Shown: piece by piece, positions 1 to 9,319 of the stretch | Layout of the letters: every line of letters begins with the position of its first letter | Numbering within the stretch: the stretch's first letter is position 1 | Assembly: GCA_050950285.1 (NCBI GenBank) | Contig: JBMNHG010000008.1 | Span: forward strand, 806,001 to 834,503 | Direction of reading: 5' to 3' | Length of the DNA: 28,503 bases | Origin: Kiritimatiellia bacterium | GTDB taxonomy: Bacteria; Verrucomicrobiota; Kiritimatiellia; RFP12; JBMNHG01 | Translations under genes and position numbers: made by a program | Notes under the pieces: generated by a model | What the model was told of the DNA's origin: nothing | What the model saw: the letters and a program-made list of their open reading frames with translations, nothing else | The model's database searches: none

Positions 1-2
1 GC

Positions 3-3000
3 TACGGGGTGGCCGAGGACACCTTCTGGCTTCCCGCCACCAACTGGTCCTTCACCCTCGGCACCAACCGCGTCGGGGGGCTGCACGTCTCCAGCAGCGG
101 CACGCTCTCCTTCGGTTGGCCCAAGGGCTCGCCCCGCGCCCGCCGGATGCCCGACGGCTCGGGCCTCGACTTCCTCGCCCCCCTGCAGACCTCCCTCGGC
201 ATCGTCCCGCCGGCCGGACGCTTCTGGCACGCCCCGACCGCCTCCAACAGCCTGCTCCTCGCCTGGCAGGACGTCTTCGCCGGCCGCGACGCCGGCCTCC
301 CCGTCACCTTCCAGGCCGAACTCTTCCCCTCCGGCGACTTCGTCTACCGCTACGACTTGTCCCGGCTGTCCGCCACCAACGCGCTGCCCGCCACCAACTG
401 GGTCGTCGGCGCCCAGCACGGCGGCGGCGGCGAGACCTTCGCCTTCGGCGGCACGGGCGTCCTCGTCCACGGCCTCGAGCTCCACTGGCGCGCCTTCGGC
501 ATGCTCGACCCGGACATCGCCGACCACGACGGCGACGGACTCTCCACCTGCGACGAAGTGATGGTCCACGGCACCGACCCCCGCCTGCCCGACACCGACC
601 TCGACGGCGTTTTGGACGGCGCCGAAGTCGCCGCCGGAACGAGTCCGCTGCTCCGCGACACCGACGGCGACGGGCTCGTCGACGGCTCCGACCCCGACCC
701 GCTGTCCCCGACGCCGCCCGACGACCTCGACGGCGACGGCATCCCCGACGCCTGCGAAACGGCGAAGTTCGGCGGCACCAACGCGGTGGACAGCCTCGCC
801 TTCGACCCCGGCGGGACCGGCTTCCCGCTCTCCACGAAGATCGCGGCGGGCATGGACCCCTTCGCGGAGGCTTCCGCTCCGACGAACCTCGCCTGGAACC
901 TCGCCTCCCTCAAGCTCTTCGACGCCTTCCGGTGCGACCTCCCCGCCGGCGGCACGAACCGGGTGTACGAGCGCACCTTCACGATCGACCGCGACGGCGG
1001 CTGGCAGCAGTACTTCCTCTCCGCCTCCTCGAATGCGCCCGCAGGCTGGTCGCTGGAGGGCATGACGCTCGAATGGGCCGACTCCGAAGGCGGAAGCGGC
1101 ACCGCGACCGCCTCGCCGCCCGACGACAGCCTCTGGCTCCCCGTCTCGACGAACGCGCTGCAACTGACCCTCGCGCTCCGCGCCACCTCGACGAATTCGA
1201 CCTGCCCACAGCCGCTGTACCTGCTGGCCTGGGCGCCGGGCGTCCTCGTGGGCGGCGCCGGGGCGGCGGCGGAAATCAACGGCGCGCGCTGCCAGGCCGT
1301 CGAATGGACGGGCGGCGGGACGTCGGTCGGCGTCCGCTACGACTTCTCCAACCGCCCCTGCCGCGCCGCGCCCTCCGAGATGGAGCAGGCCGCGCTCCTC
1401 GACCCGTTCCCCGGCGAAGCCCGCCTCGCCTTCACGCCGGACGGCGGCTTCACGGGCGGCTCGCTCGCGGCGAAGGCGCCCGGCATCTACGACGTGCCCG
1501 GATGCACGATCGCCCCCGCGCCGCCCCCGGCGCGGCGGGGCGCCCGGGGCGCGGGCGGCAGGGACGACCCCGGGGAAGGCCCGGTCGAACGCCTCCTCTT
1601 CTTCGAACCCCGCATCGCCTACGGCGACGGCCGCCACGGCGGATGCGGGACCACGCTCTTCTTCGACGCCGCGACGGGCGACTACGAGCCCGCTTCCGAC
1701 TACCCCCTCGACAGCCGGTGCCTCCGGGAGGGCTGGCGGCAGGATGCCACGGGCGGCCACCCGTGCGACTGCAGGGCCGAAATCGGCTACGGCGACCCGG
1801 CGCTGGCCGCGTACTTCGACGAAACCGTCGAAGACGACGGCCTTCGCGCCACCGGCACCATCTTCTTCGACGGCAGGCCGGTCTGGAGCGGGGAGGCCAT
1901 CCACCGCGTCGGCGAAAGATGCCACGACCCCTTCTACGACGAATGCGGCGACTGCGCGTCCGGATGCGCCGACGGCGACTGCGACGGCCTCGAAGGCGAC
2001 GGCCTCGGCTCGCTCGCCTTCCGCATCCCCCTCGGGATCCCCCGCGACGGCCAGGTCTCCGGCTTCCTCTGGTTCCGGGCGACGGAGCCGCTGCTCGTCG
2101 CGCCCGCCACCTTCAACCTGCTCGCCCGCGACGACGCCGCCGTCGCCGAAAGCGCCGCCGGCGGAACCCGCACCATCGCCTGCTCCGACGCCCGAGGCCG
2201 CACCGTCGTCGTCGAACCGATCGCCCACGGCGTCCGGATCACCGTCCGCAAGACCGCCGGCGACGAACTGGAGCACGTCTGGGAGATCGCCAACGTCGGC
2301 GGGAGCCCGCGCCAAGTCGCGTTCAAGAAGATCAGCCGCCGGGACAACGTCATGCGCGACGTCGTCTACTCATATCGTGGGGATGGGGAGTGGGCGTGCT
2401 TCGACAACATCTCCCAACTTTCCGAACAGGTGCTTCGCACCGACACGCTCGACGACGGCCCCCACGGCGTCCTCCGCGAGGAACGCATCGTGCGCGACGC
2501 CGCCGGCGCGATCCTCTCGCGGGACGTCGCCGAGTCCCGGCGCTTCGGCTGCGGCCGGGACGCGACGCTCCGCCAGACCTACCACGCGACGCTCGGCCTC
2601 GAGCCCGGCGGCGAGCCCGGCCTGGTCGAAGACCACGCCACCTGCTGGACGGACGACGCCCATCCCCGCCGCAACGGACGCCCCCGCCTCGTTTGGGGCG
2701 AGTCGCGACCCTGGAGCTACCAGGCCTGGGACGACGAAGGCCGCGAGATATTGCGCCTCGACCAATTCGACGGCTCGGAGGTCCCCTGGCTGCTTGCGAA
2801 CTGGGCCGCCCCGTCCGATCTCTCCGATCTGTCCGATCACCCCGGCCTGGCCGCCATCGCCACCGTCTCCGACTACGCGCCGCTGCCCGGCGACGACAAT
2901 CCGCTCGCCGCCCTCGATTCCGTCCGCACCGAGTCGCGCCACCTCGTCCGCGACGGCGCGGCGGCGTGCATCGGGCGCACGTGGCACGTCCACACCGTCG

Positions 3001-3062
3001 GCACGGACACGGTGGGCCGCGCCTTCGCGACCGTGAAGACGGTCCGCGCCTGCTCCCCGGAC
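3..3062 (+). CDS. N-terminal part of a giant Rhs/YD-repeat toxin (5' end outside window); contains bacterial TSP3-like Ca-binding repeats and a Cys-rich segment
   Basis: Frame is open from the window start with strong GC3 codon bias. It has DxDxDG/GTDP repeats (DHDGDGLSTCDEVMVHGTDPRLPDTDLDG...DTDGDGLVDG, ~520-760), a CxxCxxxCxxxxC cluster (~1920-1985) and YD-like motifs (YQAWDDEGREILR). Codon bias moves to frame +1 at ~3060 (TCC CCG GAC C GCC GCC TTC GAC), i.e. one extra base. Confidence 0.8.
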
Positions 3063-3063
3063 C

Positions 3064-6000
3064 GCCGCCTTCGACGACCCCGGCAACGCCGTCTCGACCG
3101 CCACCCGCTTCGACGCCGACGCCCCCGGCATCCCGCTGCTCCTGCGCGGCCGCCCGCTCGAATCCACCGACGAGGACGGCGTGACCACGACCTACGACTA
3201 CGCCCTCGGCGACTACGACCCCGCCACCCGCACCTTCGCCCCCGGCGGTTCCGGAACCGCGCTCCGCACGATCGCCCAACGCTGGTATCAGTCCAATCCG
3301 TCCGATACGTCCGACCTGACCATCCAGGACGCCGCGCACGGCACGACGCTCTACTCCGCCACCCTCCTTCACGCCACCGGCGCCACCCTCGACTGGCAGG
3401 CGCACACCTACGACGACAGGAACCGCCTCCGTTCCACGCTCTACTCCGACGGCTCCATCTCCACCAACGCCTACTCCTGCTGCCGCCTGCTCTGGACGCA
3501 GGATCGCGACGGCTTCAAGACTCTCCGCTCCGCCGAAACCGGCACAGACCACTTGCGATACGCCATGCTCGACGTGTCGTTTCCAGAGCTCCCGCAAAAC
3601 GAAGGCGGTCCTTCCGGCTACTACTTCGCCGTGCCGGGTGCCTATTCATATGCCCGCACCTACGACTTCCGGGCGACGGAGCACAGTTTCGATGCGATGG
3701 GCCGGCGCATCCGCACCCGTGAACTCGCGACAAACCCCGATCGCTCGCAAGACATCGCGACGCTTCGCAAAACCAGCTATGGATGGGAAGCGTCGGAAAC
3801 CACCAGCTATCCCCATGGCATATCCGACTTCCAAGTCCACACCGACGCGCGGGGACTCGTCACCCAAACCGCGTTCACCCAAACCCCCGCTGAAACCATC
3901 CAAACAGTGGACACCTTCGACGGCTCCGCGCTTCTGATGCGCACCACCTCGCGCACCATGCGCGGCGGCGGTTCCACCACCCGCCGGGAATGGGACGGCG
4001 AATGGACGGAAGCAGCCAGCAAAACCACGTTCGCTCCGGACGGGCGGCGAATCGAAATCGCCACCCTTGCCACGTCCGACGCCCCCGTGGTCACAAACAG
4101 CGTGGTGGAATACGACTTCCTCGGGCGCATCGCCGCTTCCGAAACGCCGCTCTCCCGCACGGAATACGCCTACCACGGCAGTTCGCGCCGCATCGCGTCG
4201 GAAACGGAAGTCCGCTCCGGTCGCGTCACGACGCCCCTCTACGACGAACTCGGCGACGCCATCGGCAGCGTGGCCGACGGCGTGGCGTCGATGTCGCTCG
4301 CCACCTACGAACTGCGCTCCAACGTCTGGTGGCGCGTCGCGACCTCCTTCCTGACGGCCGACGGCCGGACCAACGGGCTTTCCGTGTCCCGCACGCGCCT
4401 GACGGGGCTTTCCAACGCCCTGCGCTCCTGCGTCGAAACCGAGGCCGACGGCGCGACCACGCGCGTCGCCACGTCGTTCGACCCGGTCGCCAAGGTGTCC
4501 ACCGACACCCTCGAACGCACCGGCATGGCGACCACGACGCGCAAGCGCAAGTTCGGGCGGGAGATCGAGGCGACGGACGCCGACGGCGTCACCCGCTACA
4601 ACTACTTCGACCCCTACGGTCGCGTCTACCTCACGCGGGAGTTCACGGGCGAACGCCTCCACTGGCGCACCCTCGCCATGCGCGACAGCGTCGGCGACGT
4701 CTACGCCTCGGCCCGCTTCATCGGCGGCACCCCGCACTGGAACAACGTCGCCCGGTTCAACGGCTTCGACTCGCGCGGCAACCTCGTCGCCTCCACCAAT
4801 GAAATGGGGTACGTCACGCATTCGCTCTTCGACTCCGCCGGACGCCTCGCCGCGCGCTTCGGCGCGGCCTACCCCGTGGCCTACGGCTACGACGCGACGG
4901 GACGCCTGAAGTCCCTCTTCACCACCCGCGACGGCGCAACGTGGGACGTCACGCAGTGGAACTACGACCCCGCCACGGGGCTGGTCACCAACAAGGTCTA
5001 TGCCGACGGCTCCACGCTTGCGCATGGCTGGACGCCCGACGGCCTGCCGGAGCGCACCACCTGGGCGCGCGGCGCATGGCGTCATGTCGCGTACAACGAC
5101 CGGCGGCTTCCCGCCGCCGTCTCGCACTCCGACCCCGGCACGCCGGGCCATGAATTGTCCTACGACGCCTTCGGGCGGCTCGTCGCCGTAGCCGACGCCG
5201 CCGGACGCCGCCACGGCTACGCCTACGGCGCTTCCGCCGCCTCGCCGACGAACGAGACCGCCGTCGCGGACTCCGCCACGAACGCCGTCGCCCGAGTCCT
5301 CGACGCCAACGGCCACCCGGTTTCGACGACCTTGCGCGTCAACGACGCACCGCGAGGCGGGGTGTGGCATGCCTATGCGGACTCGGGCAGGCTGGCGCAG
5401 GTCGCCGCCACCAACGCCCAGGGGCGCGGGCTTGTGGCCGCCTACACCAACTTTGCCGGGCGCTCATTTGGTCATTCGGTCGAACTGCCCTCCGGCGCGG
5501 TCTTCACGCGGACGCTCGCGCGCGACGCCTACCGCCCGAACCGCGTCACGTCCATTGTCCATGCGTTCGACGGCGTGGAGGTCAGCCGATACGCGCACAC
5601 GTTCGATGCGCTTGACCGTCTTTCCGCCCGCAACGCCGACGCCTTCGGCTACAACGTCCGTTCCGAAATCGTGTCCGCCACCGTCGCATCCAACGAATAC
5701 GCCTATGCCTACGATTACATAGGGAACCATACAACCGCCTCGGTCAACTCGGATACGACAACCTACACGGCGAACAATCTCAACCAATACACCCAGGTTT
5801 CTGTGTCTTCTGTGCCTTCTGTGGACAATCCAATCTATGACCTCGACGGAAACATGCTGACCAATGGTGTTTGGTCTTACACGTGGGACTGCGAGAATCG
5901 GCTTGTTTCCGTCTTTTCAAACAACGTCTGTGTTGTTTCCAACGCCTACGACTACCTTTCCCGCCGCGTCCTGAAGGCCACGCCCGAGGCGGTTCGCGCC

Positions 6001-7248
6001 TTCGTCTACGACGGCTGGAACTTGATTCACGAAACCGTGACGGCAGGCAACGGCGACGTGTCGGAAATCCAGTATTTCTGGGGGCCTGACCTCTCCGGCA
6101 CGCTCCAAGGCGCGGGCGGCGTCGGCGGCTTGCTGGCCGTTTCCATCAACGGGCAGTTCTACCTGCCCTGCGTTGACAACAACGGCAACATCACCGCCTA
6201 TGTTGGAGAAACTGGCTCTGTCGTGGCAGAGTATGTCTATGACGCCTATGGAGGCGCCATTGCCCAAACCGGAAGCATGGCAGATGCCTTCCGCCATCGT
6301 TTCAGCACAAAATACTACGACGTAGAAACGGGGCTTTACTACTACGGACGCCGGTTCTACTCGCCAACGCTCCACCGCTGGCTCAACCGTGATCCGATCC
6401 AAGAACAAGGAGGGGCGAATCTGTATGCGTTTTGCAGAAATGATGGAGTGAACGCCGTGGATTTGCTGGGGCTTGCCTTGTATGCCTTTGATGGAACCTG
6501 GAATGACAAGGACAAAATGAAGCGTCCGACCAATGTCGCCAAGCTATATGAAGCTTACCAGAATCCAAGCAAAGTATACATGAAAGGAATTGGAACAGCC
6601 TCCTTGACAAGGGTGATCGGCGGCATAACGGGCGCTGGTGGTAAAAGCCGAGTTCATGCTATGTATCGTAGGTTTGTGAAATTTTACAATACACCTGATT
6701 CAACTGGCGAAAATCAAAAAATTGATGTCATCGGCTTCAGTCGTGGCGCAGCGCTTGCGCGCGATTTCGTGAACTACATCAACGAGCAAGGCGGCGTGCC
6801 CAGAACGACGAAAAACGGCAAGGAAATTGTTTGCCCCGTGAAGATTCGCTTCCTGGGTCTTTTTGACACGGTGGCCTCCTTTGGAATACCCGGAAACGAC
6901 ATAAATTTCGGATACGATCTCTCCATCCCCGGCAATGTGGAAAACGTCCGCCATGCGATTGCCCAAGATGAATATCGCGGCATGTTCCCCCTCTCGCCCG
7001 TTTTGGATCCGGACGGGACCGGTGTCGATCCAAGAATCGTTGAACGTCCCTTCCGGGGCTCGCACTCTGATGTCGGCGGAGGATATGAAGTTGGCGACCG
7101 GTCGAATTTCGCCCTGAATTGGATGTATCACGAGGCCATCCGAGTCGGCGTGCCCTTTGGGCCGCTCAGTCCCGAAGACGTTGGCGCAAGCGATCCGGTC
7201 ATTCACGACACCGGAGGCACGGGGCCTCGGGACATCTATTATCCATAA
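3064..7248 (+). CDS. C-terminal part of the same Rhs toxin: YD repeats, Rhs core and DUF2235 (Tle1-like phospholipase) toxin tip
   Basis: Many YD/YxYD repeats. The Rhs-associated core is RFSTKYYDVETGLYYYGRRFYSPTLHRWLNRDPI...NLYAF...VDLLGL. After 6474 come FDGTWN, TNV, GIGT, IGFSRGAALAR, FLGLFDTV, HAIAQDE and GSHSDVGGG motifs typical of DUF2235 alpha/beta hydrolases. Continues the upstream ORF across a +1 frameshift at ~3058-3063. Confidence 0.9.
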   Translation, partial: AAFDDPGNAVSTATRFDADAPGIPLLLRGRPLESTDEDGVTTTYDYALGDYDPATRTFAPGGSGTALRTIAQRWYQSNPSDTSDLTIQDAAHGTTLYSATLLHATGATLDWQAHTYDDRNRLRSTLYSDGSISTNAYSCCRLLWTQDRDGFKTLRSAETGTDHLRYAMLDVSFPELPQNEGGPSGYYFAVPGAYSYARTYDFRATEHSFDAMGRRIRTRELATNPDRSQDIATLRKTSYGWEASETTSYPHGISDFQVHTDARGLVTQTAFTQTPAETIQTVDTFDGSALLMRTTSRTMRGGGSTTRREWDGEWTEAASKTTFAPDGRRIEIATLATSDAPVVTNSVVEYDFLGRIAASETPLSRTEYAYHGSSRRIASETEVRSGRVTTPLYDELGDAIGSVADGVASMSLATYELRSNVWWRVATSFLTADGRTNGLSVSRTRLTGLSNALRSCVETEADGATTRVATSFDPVAKVSTDTLERTGMATTTRKRKFGREIEATDADGVTRYNYFDPYGRVYLTREFTGERLHWRTLAMRDSVGDVYASARFIGGTPHWNNVARFNGFDSRGNLVASTNEMGYVTHSLFDSAGRLAARFGAAYPVAYGYDATGRLKSLFTTRDGATWDVTQWNYDPATGLVTNKVYADGSTLAHGWTPDGLPERTTWARGAWRHVAYNDRRLPAAVSHSDPGTPGHELSYDAFGRLVAVADAAGRRHGYAYGASAASPTNETAVADSATNAVARVLDANGHPVSTTLRVNDAPRGGVWHAYADSGRLAQVAATNAQGRGLVAAYTNFAGRSFGHSVELPSGAVFTRTLARDAYRPNRVTSIVHAFDGVEVSRYAHTFDALDRLSARNADAFGYNVRSEIVSATVASNEYAYAYDYIGNHTTASVNSDTTTYTANNLNQYTQVSVSSVPSVDNPIYDLDGNMLTNGVWSYTWDCENRLVSVFSNNVCVVSNAYDYLSRRVLKATPEAVRAFVYDGWNLIHETVTAGNGDVSEIQYFWGPDLSGTLQGAGGVGGLLAVSINGQFYLPCVDNNGNITAYVGETGSVVAEYVYDAYGGAIAQTGSMADAFRHRFSTKYYDVETGLYYYGRRFYSPTLHRWLNRDPIQEQGGANLYAFCRNDGVNAVDLLGLALYAFDGTWNDKDKMKRPTNVAKLYEAYQNPSKVYMKGIGTASLTRVIGGITGAGGKSRVHAMYRRFVKFYNTPDSTGENQKIDVIGFSRGAALARDFVNYINEQGGVPRTTKNGKEIVCPVKIRFLGLFDTVASFGIPGNDINFGYDLSIPGNVENVRHAIAQDEYRGMFPLSPVLDPDGTGVDPRIVERPFRGSHSDVGGGYEVGDRSNFALNWMYHEAIRVGVPFGPLSPEDVGASDPVIHDTGGTGPRDIYYP

Positions 7249-7271
7249 GGATCAGCAAACGAGGAGATGCC

Positions 7272-7667
7272 ATGAAGAAAAAGCCAATCCGTTTTTTTCC
7301 AGCAGCAACGATTTCGATTATGATGTTGGCGCTTGGGGGATGCATGACACAGGACTATGCGGTCGGTATAAGAAACAAAACCGGAAACATCATCTACAAA
7401 ACCCATGTGTCATACGATGGATTTCAGTCGGTTGGAGGCACTCTAATAGCAGGAGGAACATCTGTGCATCTTTTTCCAGAAGTCCCCATACCCAAGGTTG
7501 CACAAGTCGAGTGGCAAACAGAAGACGGTGTCTTTCACCGGCAGAATGTCGAGGTTAAAAAAAACATGCCAAGAGGTTTTAAAGGAGATTTGATGTTTGA
7601 AATCACGGACGGGAATGTTGTCCTTCTTTTTGAAGAGTACTATGAAATGCCTTCGGGTTTCAGATGA
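7272..7667 (+). CDS. Lipoprotein, probable cognate immunity protein of the DUF2235 tip (Tli1/DUF3304-like)
   Basis: GAGGAG RBS at 7261-7266 and ATG at 7272. Basic N-terminus, hydrophobic stretch and lipobox LGGC. Lies 23 nt after the toxin stop and is low GC. The N-x-T...GG...P...V-x-W pattern resembles DUF3304 by eye only. Confidence 0.75.
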   Translation: MKKKPIRFFPAATISIMMLALGGCMTQDYAVGIRNKTGNIIYKTHVSYDGFQSVGGTLIAGGTSVHLFPEVPIPKVAQVEWQTEDGVFHRQNVEVKKNMPRGFKGDLMFEITDGNVVLLFEEYYEMPSGFR

Positions 7668-7732
7668 AACCGATTGCCAAACGATTGTTTTCACTGATAT
7701 GACAACATCCGCATGAACGACAAGCGACTACC

Positions 7733-8449
7733 ATGAATTGTTACAAACGACAATACTGGATGATAGCAGATTTCGAGGCACTCGACAGGGCACCCAAAGA
7801 CCCTTTGGACCTTGCCCATAGGAAACGCCTGGAAAACATACAGAACCAAGGTTGGCGCGGATATCTGAAGCAAAAGCTTGATCGCGCAAGTTCGGGGAAG
7901 GCGTATCGGTTTGAGTTCTCGGGGAATTATCCAGCTTCCGATGATCCCGGGAACATCCGCCACGACGGCTATCCGGGAGACAAAGCGGGGAAGACTTATG
8001 AAAGAATTCAACGAGGTCAGATTGTCTGTAAGGAAGACGACATCTATATCTTGTTGATAGGGATGAACGATGCGCTCAACCTTGGTGTAGATCTTGCAAA
8101 AGGCAAAGTGGACATCAATCCAACTTTCAGCGCCATGACTGGCATTGCCACGTCAATTCGTGAGGACGATCCCGCGCTGTTTCTCTGGGGGAAAATCCCC
8201 TACATTACCGATTTGGCAAAAGACAGAAATCCAAAATACATCCCTACGAATGTCAATCTTCCCATCAAATACATCAATCAGCATGTCGGCAGCGAAGCGT
8301 CGTTTTTTGGGGCGACCGTCTTCGACTTGCAAAACCTGTTCATTGACAATCCTTCGTTTACCGACGACGGCTTTCATTTCAGCGACGCAGGAAATCGACA
8401 TGTGGCGTCTCTCCTGTTTGAGATGATTCAAAAAAAAATTAACAAGTAA
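7733..8449 (+). pseudogene. SGNH/GDSL hydrolase-like ORF lacking block I; probable orphan toxin tip fragment
   Basis: Block II-like RHDGYPG, block III LLIGMNDA and block V DDGFHFSDAG are present. No GDS nucleophile motif is in frame (in-frame TGA at 7700-7702). Low GC and lies between two lipoprotein genes. Confidence 0.6.
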
Positions 8450-8469
8450 TGTCATGACAGGAGCAATGT

Positions 8470-9297
8470 ATGAAAACTAAATGCTTGGCTTTGTGCCTCC
8501 TCCTCTTTCTTCTTGTGAGCTGTTCCAGTGAAGACAATGATAGCAATGCAGTTCAGTTTAATGCAGCGGATCTGGCCGACTACAAAAAGTTGGGGATTAC
8601 AAATGGATTTCTTCGCTTTAAAGACAGAAACTTAGGGTTGTTCGGCTATGCGAATACCAATGGCAATGTTATGTTGAAGCCCCAGTATTATGTTTGCAGC
8701 CTAACATTTTTTCAAGGATATGCTTGGGTGGATTTAGGTTATGAAGGCGACAGCATTCCCGATTACAACGATCTGTCCCTTGGCGACTTTATTGACACGA
8801 ACGGCGTCAGACTGGTCGGGAAAAAGCTACATGCCACTATTCCAAATCCCTGGATGTGGGGGGTGAATTACGAACCGCAGTTTGTCAATGGGCTTGCGTT
8901 CGTGTCGGCCGATCCCTCCGACTTTCCAGAAATCGCCATGCCGACGAATGTGAATCAAGAAGTAAGGAAGGAGCTTGAAAGCAAAAGCGCCAGATATGTC
9001 TATTGCATCGATACGAATGGAAATCCAGTCAGCGCCCACCATGTCCACGGGCCTTTTTATACAACTGCTACATGGTGCAACGGCCCCAAGTTCCGTTGGG
9101 GAAGTCGGCTGACATGGGTCGATCTGTTGAACGGGGACAGGGGAATACTGCTTTGGGACGGAACCGTGCCCCTGACGACTTCGGTCAAGGACTATGAGGA
9201 GCTTTTGGAGATCGAACGCCGATTCGTCGAAGAGAACTATGGAACAAACGGCGTCGTGAAATTCACAGGCCAGGCATGGGTGTACTTCTATTATTGA
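8470..9297 (+). CDS. WG-repeat lipoprotein, probable immunity protein
   Basis: AGGAG RBS at ~8459-8463 and signal peptide with lipobox LVSC. Repeats FGYANTNGNVMLKPQY, FIDTNG, YCIDTNG with F-x-x-G-x-A-x-V resemble WG beta-repeats. Directly follows the SGNH ORF. Confidence 0.75.
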   Translation: MKTKCLALCLLLFLLVSCSSEDNDSNAVQFNAADLADYKKLGITNGFLRFKDRNLGLFGYANTNGNVMLKPQYYVCSLTFFQGYAWVDLGYEGDSIPDYNDLSLGDFIDTNGVRLVGKKLHATIPNPWMWGVNYEPQFVNGLAFVSADPSDFPEIAMPTNVNQEVRKELESKSARYVYCIDTNGNPVSAHHVHGPFYTTATWCNGPKFRWGSRLTWVDLLNGDRGILLWDGTVPLTTSVKDYEELLEIERRFVEENYGTNGVVKFTGQAWVYFYY

Positions 9298-9319
9298 CCG
9301 TTGAAAGTGGGAGGTTGAA

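Noticed and set aside
116..5370. Long Arg/Pro/Ala-rich alternate-frame and antisense ORFs over Rhs1 (116-3184, 1744-3036, 2350-3597, 3646-5370 and the tail of 9-3722)
   Set aside because: Shadow ORFs caused by high GC3, with no recognisable motifs.
7119..7271. N-terminal extension of the immunity ORF given in the ORF track
   Set aside because: It overlaps the toxin gene. The RBS and signal peptide support the start at 7272.
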